From Anthoceros angustus (Eukaryota > Plantae > Anthocerotophyta), in contig MU008152.1 of NCBI GenBank assembly GCA_010909165.1, positions 248,001 through 312,000 of the forward strand: DNA of 64,000 bases, read 5' to 3'. The translations under genes and the position numbers were made by a program. Positions 58,997 to 64,000 of the stretch are shown here, piece by piece; position 1 is the stretch's first letter; every line of letters starts with the position of its first letter. The notes below the pieces were generated by a model. The model searched no databases and was not told the DNA's origin. It saw only the letters and a list, made by a program, of their open reading frames with translations.

Positions 58997-61893
58997 GTCG
59001 AAACTTTTTCCAGAATGCGGAAATCTAGAAAGCGGCTCACATCTCCAATTCCGCGCGTCAATCTGCTACCAACCAAAACCCACTTCACAATGCATCCGAT
59101 GACACCACACCATCTCCCGAACCAAGACACCAACACTTGAAGACAAAGAAAAAGATCCAATACCTCTCAATCCACGACACCTTCCACTTCACGCCACCAC
59201 AAGCCCAGCAGGCAAATGCCGAACCACCCACAACTCGCCGCGACTGCGCAATACCGCATCTCAATCCCCCTCCTCACCGCCTCCCTCCAACACCCCAATC
59301 CACCGGTTCTTGCTCCTCCGCCGCAAATCGCCCACAAAATCGCCAACTTCTTGGCAAAGCAGCCGGACTCGATCCAGAAGGGCGTCGCCCACACTATAGA
59401 TCAATTCCTGGATCACAGGAGCAGCTCCGCGCTCCGAGCTGCGACTCCAAGAAGCCGCATGTGTTGCAACGGCAATGCGGGAGGGGGGAGGCGCAGAATT
59501 CGAACCCGACTACAGGTAGAAAGAGCGCCGAGGCAAACGGGGGAGAGAACGAGCAGCAACAAGACACAACAGGAGCAACAAGCAGGAAGAACAGCAACAG
59601 CGGCAACAACAGCAGCAGACAGCTGCAGCTGCAGGTGCAGGAGAAAGAGGCACGGAAGGAAGTGGGCGCATGGGCGAACGAAGAACGGGGCCTGGGAACA
59701 GGCGCGCCAGAGCCCGTTGGGTAAATACAGCAAACGGAACAGACGTTTCCTTCCTCGCATCCCGGTTTAGTTTTTTTCTTTTTTTAATCATTTTTCAAAC
59801 GCTACAAACTCTCACTTCCCTCGCGCATGAATCCGTTTTCGAAATTCCAAAACCCATGCAAATATGCTTTGCTTACGCAATGCCCGCCTCACAACGACGC
59901 GGCAGCGGATATCGTTAGGCCGTGTCCGTTACGCGGCGAATGCAGCGAAACCGGCGAAGGCGACTGCAGCGAAACCGGCGAAACCAAGCCAGAAAGCGGC
60001 ACTGGCCTTCAATGAAGGCTTCAATAATACTGCAACTCACATCAATGTGGCTCGGGTCCGGACCGAGGCTCGGCGGCAGCAGGGGTAAAACCGGTGGATC
60101 GGTAGGTGAAACGCGAGGAAACGGGCAGCCTGCTGCCCCGCAGGTTTTACTTCGTTGTCCGCCGGGCCACCAGCCGCATCGATTATATTGTTTAAAAGCG
60201 CAGTGGCGGCAAGCACCTGATGACGACCGTCAGAGAGTCGTCCCGGACGGCGCCGGTCGGCGACCCCGGGCCCGCGGGACTGTCCTTGCGACCGCAGGCG
60301 GTCGCGGGGGGCTGCGGCCGGGGCGAGGCGGTATCGGGGAATGATTAACCGGCTGCCGCGGGTAATTAACTGTCGTTAACGGGGCTTGAATGCTTGAGTG
60401 CGGCTGGCTGGCAGAATCCCGGGCGGAGTGCGACGCCTGGGATTATGGAAGATTTGGAAGTAAATGCAACCAAGGGTGATGATTGCGGCGACGTGGAGGC
60501 CGGGGAATCAGAATGAAAGCGCGTCCGGAATCCGGATTTGCAAAATTGTATACCTACGCGATCGCATAGGAAATCGATGCGAAAAGTAGCGCAGTCGGCA
60601 TACACACTGTCAGTGACAGGGCAGGTCGCGAGTTCGAGACCGGAGGTGTGAATGCTATTTACGGCCCGGCACTGGAGGCTGGAGAGGGGAATGCCAAGCG
60701 AGGCTGCCACCCACGGAGTAGCGGAACCCGCCGACACCTCGGGACGCGGCAAAGCAGAGCCCACCGGTGCCCGCCGGTGGCCGCGGCGTCGGGCGGGTGT
60801 CCGGAGCGGCGGGGATGACCGGCTACATGGATAAGGGAAGGGCGGGCGCGAGGAGAGCGGGTCAAACGAAGGAAGGCATGGCGGGCTGGCGAGGGGTCCA
60901 GTGGTCTGACAGATCTGACACAATACTCGCGTTTGGCGCCTAGCTATTAATTTGAACGCAGACGCCGTTGCCACGCGAGCCGTTGGGAAGGGCGTTGCGT
61001 CATGGCTGTGGCGTTGCGTCGCGGCCCCGCCTCGTGATGCCGTCTGGCGGCCTCGGCAACGCCGGTACGCAGAACGGACGGACGGGCACTGACGGGTTTG
61101 GGTCTGGGCCTGGGCCTGGCCCAGGCCCAGCCCCGGGCGCGCCGGGGATGCCGCGCCCGCCCGCCACTCGCGGGCACTGTGCACTGCAACTACTGCAGTC
61201 TGCAGCCTTGCGCCTCCGAGCCTCGGGTTGGGGACGAGATACTTCTATAAACAGAAACTCGCAGCCCACCACTTGTCTTCTGGGAGCTTGGGACGAGGAA
61301 GAGGAACCCATCTTCCTCATCCCGTCGGCGTTTTTCCTGTTGCCTCCAATCTTTTCAATACCGTTAACAGAACACGCCTTCTAGAGAGCGTTTAGAGTTG
61401 ACGATCTGAACCCAAAAGGAAAACGCCCCTTGTTCGTAGATATTTTAGTGAACTCGAGGGTGTTTAGCGTATCCGAGAAATTAAGTTATAACTAAGTCGT
61501 TAATCAAAGATCTCCAACTCGAGACCCAGTGGGTGCTCAAAGCCATCCTTAGGCGATCGATTCTTATATTTTAATTATTTCATATTAATAAATTATATGA
61601 TAATTTTCAATTCAATATTTTCTTTTATCTCATATAAAATTTAATAATTTAATAATTTTCTGCAATATCCCAGCTGTAGCACCCTCTTGTCTAGGACTCC
61701 ACTTGCGGTCTCTAGAAGCAAATCAAGAGCTAGGCAAAATAGCATGCTCTCCACCAGCAATCTCTAGAAGCAAATCGAGAGTAAAGCAAAATAGCACGTC
61801 TCGCTGGTCGACGACTACTTACCCGAATGGTTTTCTCGTCTCACCCCGTTTCGCATCTCTTCCCTAAACTAACTCATTTCACAAAAATATTTA

Positions 61894-61909
61894 TATCTAT
61901 ATATATATA
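61894..61909. repeat. (TA)n microsatellite
   Basis: TATATCTATATATATATA run. Confidence 0.6.
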
Positions 61910-63105
61910 AACAAAAAAGTTTAACTTGTAATAACCTGTTTTTGCCAAGCACCTATACTTACTTCAAAGTGGTATCTACCACTATTTTTTTTCATGGGAT
62001 TTGGACACCCAAACGTGCATGCACTTAGAACTTAGGAATGGTTAGCTGAATACTTGATAATTTTAGCTGACTACTCATCAAGCTTATCTCACAAGAATGC
62101 TTAAAGTTATTGATTGAAATTTTTTCGTACCATCTCATTGCCGTTTTCATGGAGTTTATATACTTCTTAGTATTATTAGTAGATTTAATAAGCTATATAA
62201 AATAGTGCCACATCCCTCTTCCCAACCCCACCTCCGACGGACAACAATGAAATACCTCATAAAAACGAAAGTTTCCCAAATCATGTTTTTTTGGACTCAA
62301 ATATTCTTCAGAGATCACATGAGATACTTCTCTAACGATCGGTTTTTTGAATCTTCCCACTTGGCTTTCATTCTTCTTCTTATCTTCTATCCAAGGAGTG
62401 ACATGCAGACATGAGTTCATCGGAACTGCACAGTTAAGCGTCAGTGCTTGGATAGGGTGCCACCGATCCCCAGCTTCATGGCCCTACAAGGCCACCCATT
62501 ATAAACATCATGCCCTCGTTTTTACAATATGCGAAGCCGAGCGTTGTTGGTGCCATACGAGAGGCCCCGCTAGATGTAAGTGCCCTACGAGGTTTCTCCA
62601 TACCAAAATCACAGTGTGGGACTTCAATGCATACTTTGAAATATCAAAAACGTTACATTTCTTCCAGAACCTGAGAAGCTAGGTGCGAGGATAACCACGG
62701 ATAGGAGATTGATACAATGTACCCGGCTATATGCGTGGGTACGGGCTCCTCCTAGGTTGCCGCGTGGCACTGGAGACCTTGGGCTGATAGGTGGATCCCA
62801 CCGAGCCAAGGGTTGGTGTAGTGGTACCTCGATGTAGCACTTGCATTTAGAACCTTCGAGGGCGCCGCATGGCATTGGCACCTTGGGCCATGCCGGTGGC
62901 CTCATCGAGCTAGGGTCTGGTACAATGGTATGCCGGTATACCACTCACATCCAAAGCCTCAAAGGGCACTAGCACCCTAGGGTGTGTGGGTGCATCCAAC
63001 CAATCCAAGGGCAGTACCATCCGGTACCCCGGTGTCACACCTATATTCGAAGGGCCACTATTACCATTTCCATTACCATTAAACTGGACTGCACATACTT
63101 CCAAG

Positions 63106-63516
63106 CAGGGTGTCATTTTGACCGAGTACTATCTCAGCCCCCGGGACCGCCTAGTCTAGCTACGCTCAGTCCCGGACCGAGGAGGGACCGTGCCTTTTTG
63201 CGACCCTTGGTCACTAAATATAATAAATATTAAATAAATAATAATATAAAAGATCAGAGATGCGGAGTCCCAGATCACAGCCAGATCGCAGACTGCGTCC
63301 ATGATAAGATGGGTCCATCTGTCCATAATAAATATAAATTCTTGGATATAAAATTAAGTAATTTATTAATTTTAAACCGGACCTTTTAAGAACCCTCGGT
63401 CCCCAAGGGTAATAGGGGACCGAGAGTGAGGACCGGACTCCTGAAGAACCTCCGGTCCCATGTTTTTTTTAACGGGATCGGGATCGAGCTTGGGACGGGG
63501 TCAAAATGACACCCTG
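63106..63516. mobile_element. hAT-type non-autonomous element (MITE), 411 bp
   Basis: Perfect 18-bp TIRs CAGGGTGTCATTTTGACC (63106-63123 and 63499-63516), 8-bp TSD CTTCCAAG (63098-63105 and 63517-63524), AT-rich core, GGACCG subterminal motifs. Confidence 0.92.
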
Positions 63517-63796
63517 CTTCCAAGGGGGAAGACCCTGATGGCGAGATCCTTTCGAGAAAGTGAGCCCTACAAGAGAAAAAAAATGGCACCCATACATAGC
63601 TACAACATGCTTCCTAAGAGCGGGCCCTCCAAAAAGAGAAAAAGGTGCATAACTGCCTATCTCCAGCTATGGTTGCTAGGGTGAGGCAGTTTCTCCCGGG
63701 CTATGGTTGTTAGGGCGAGGTAGTACCTCAAGCTTGCAAGGTCACCGTCTCGCCTTACAATCCGGCTCTCGGCTAAGTTCACCGGGTCCTCCCTTA

Positions 63797-63990
63797 TAAT
63801 CCAACTCCGCTCAGGCTTGCAACGCTGCTAGTCCTACCCTAATCCAACTCTGCTTGGGCTTGCAAGGCCACTAGTCCTGCCCTAATCTAGCTCCGCTCGG
63901 GTTGGCAAGGCTGTTGAACATGCCCTTATCCAATTCCATACAGGCTTGCCAGGCTGCTGGTCCTGCGCTAATCTAACTCCAGCATCTGGC
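63797..63990. repeat. Degenerate ~43-44-bp tandem repeat
   Basis: AATCCAACTCCGCTCAGGCTTGCAACGCTGCTAGTCCTACCCT-like units, about 4-5 copies, running to the window edge. Confidence 0.7.
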
Positions 63991-64000
63991 TTCTGCTCAA

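Noticed and set aside
61100-61130. TGGGCC repeats forming an 11-bp inverted repeat (site II-like)
   Set aside because: A plausible TCP/site II element, but too short and common to call without knowing the TSS.
59137-61384. Several ORFs of 140-272 aa upstream of DUF3527
   Set aside because: Low-complexity, GC-rich promoter/5'UTR-like sequence with no family features.
63797-63990. Possible CRISPR-like array
   Set aside because: Degenerate contiguous tandem units with no repeat-spacer alternation.

Overview
Eukaryotic nuclear DNA with GT-AG introns, most consistent with a streptophyte plant (bryophyte-grade land plant or charophyte alga; species not determinable). About 1-48.6 kb is a nest of transposable elements. 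From left to right: (i) decayed Ty3/gypsy RT-RNaseH-integrase-PHD remnants on the minus strand, interrupted by a near full-length Ty1/copia element (5013-11517, 218-bp LTRs ending TG...TA, TSD AACAG); (ii) a disrupted minus-strand gene with a ParB/Srx-like domain and a beta-class N4/N6 (amino) DNA methyltransferase domain; (iii) between those two domains, an internally deleted Ty3/gypsy element carrying a C5-cytosine methyltransferase; (iv) a divergently oriented Sola-like (DUF7869-type) DDD transposase, split by an 18.5-kb Athila/Tat-like gypsy insertion (22492-41011, TSD ACAAG) whose ~4.2-kb LTRs contain a coding region; (v) a triplicated transposase/inverted-LTR junction. About 49.6-64 kb is host gene space: a tandem pair of secreted PQQ-type beta-propeller (polyvinyl-alcohol-dehydrogenase-like) genes (one intact with 6 exons, one deleted pseudogene), a DUF3527 gene and a hAT-type MITE. 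The top candidate for a new system is a DNA transposon carrying a ParB-amino-methyltransferase cargo gene. All TE reading frames are frameshifted and were reconstructed by eye, so domain calls need HMM or structure confirmation. Some repeat duplications may be assembly artefacts.
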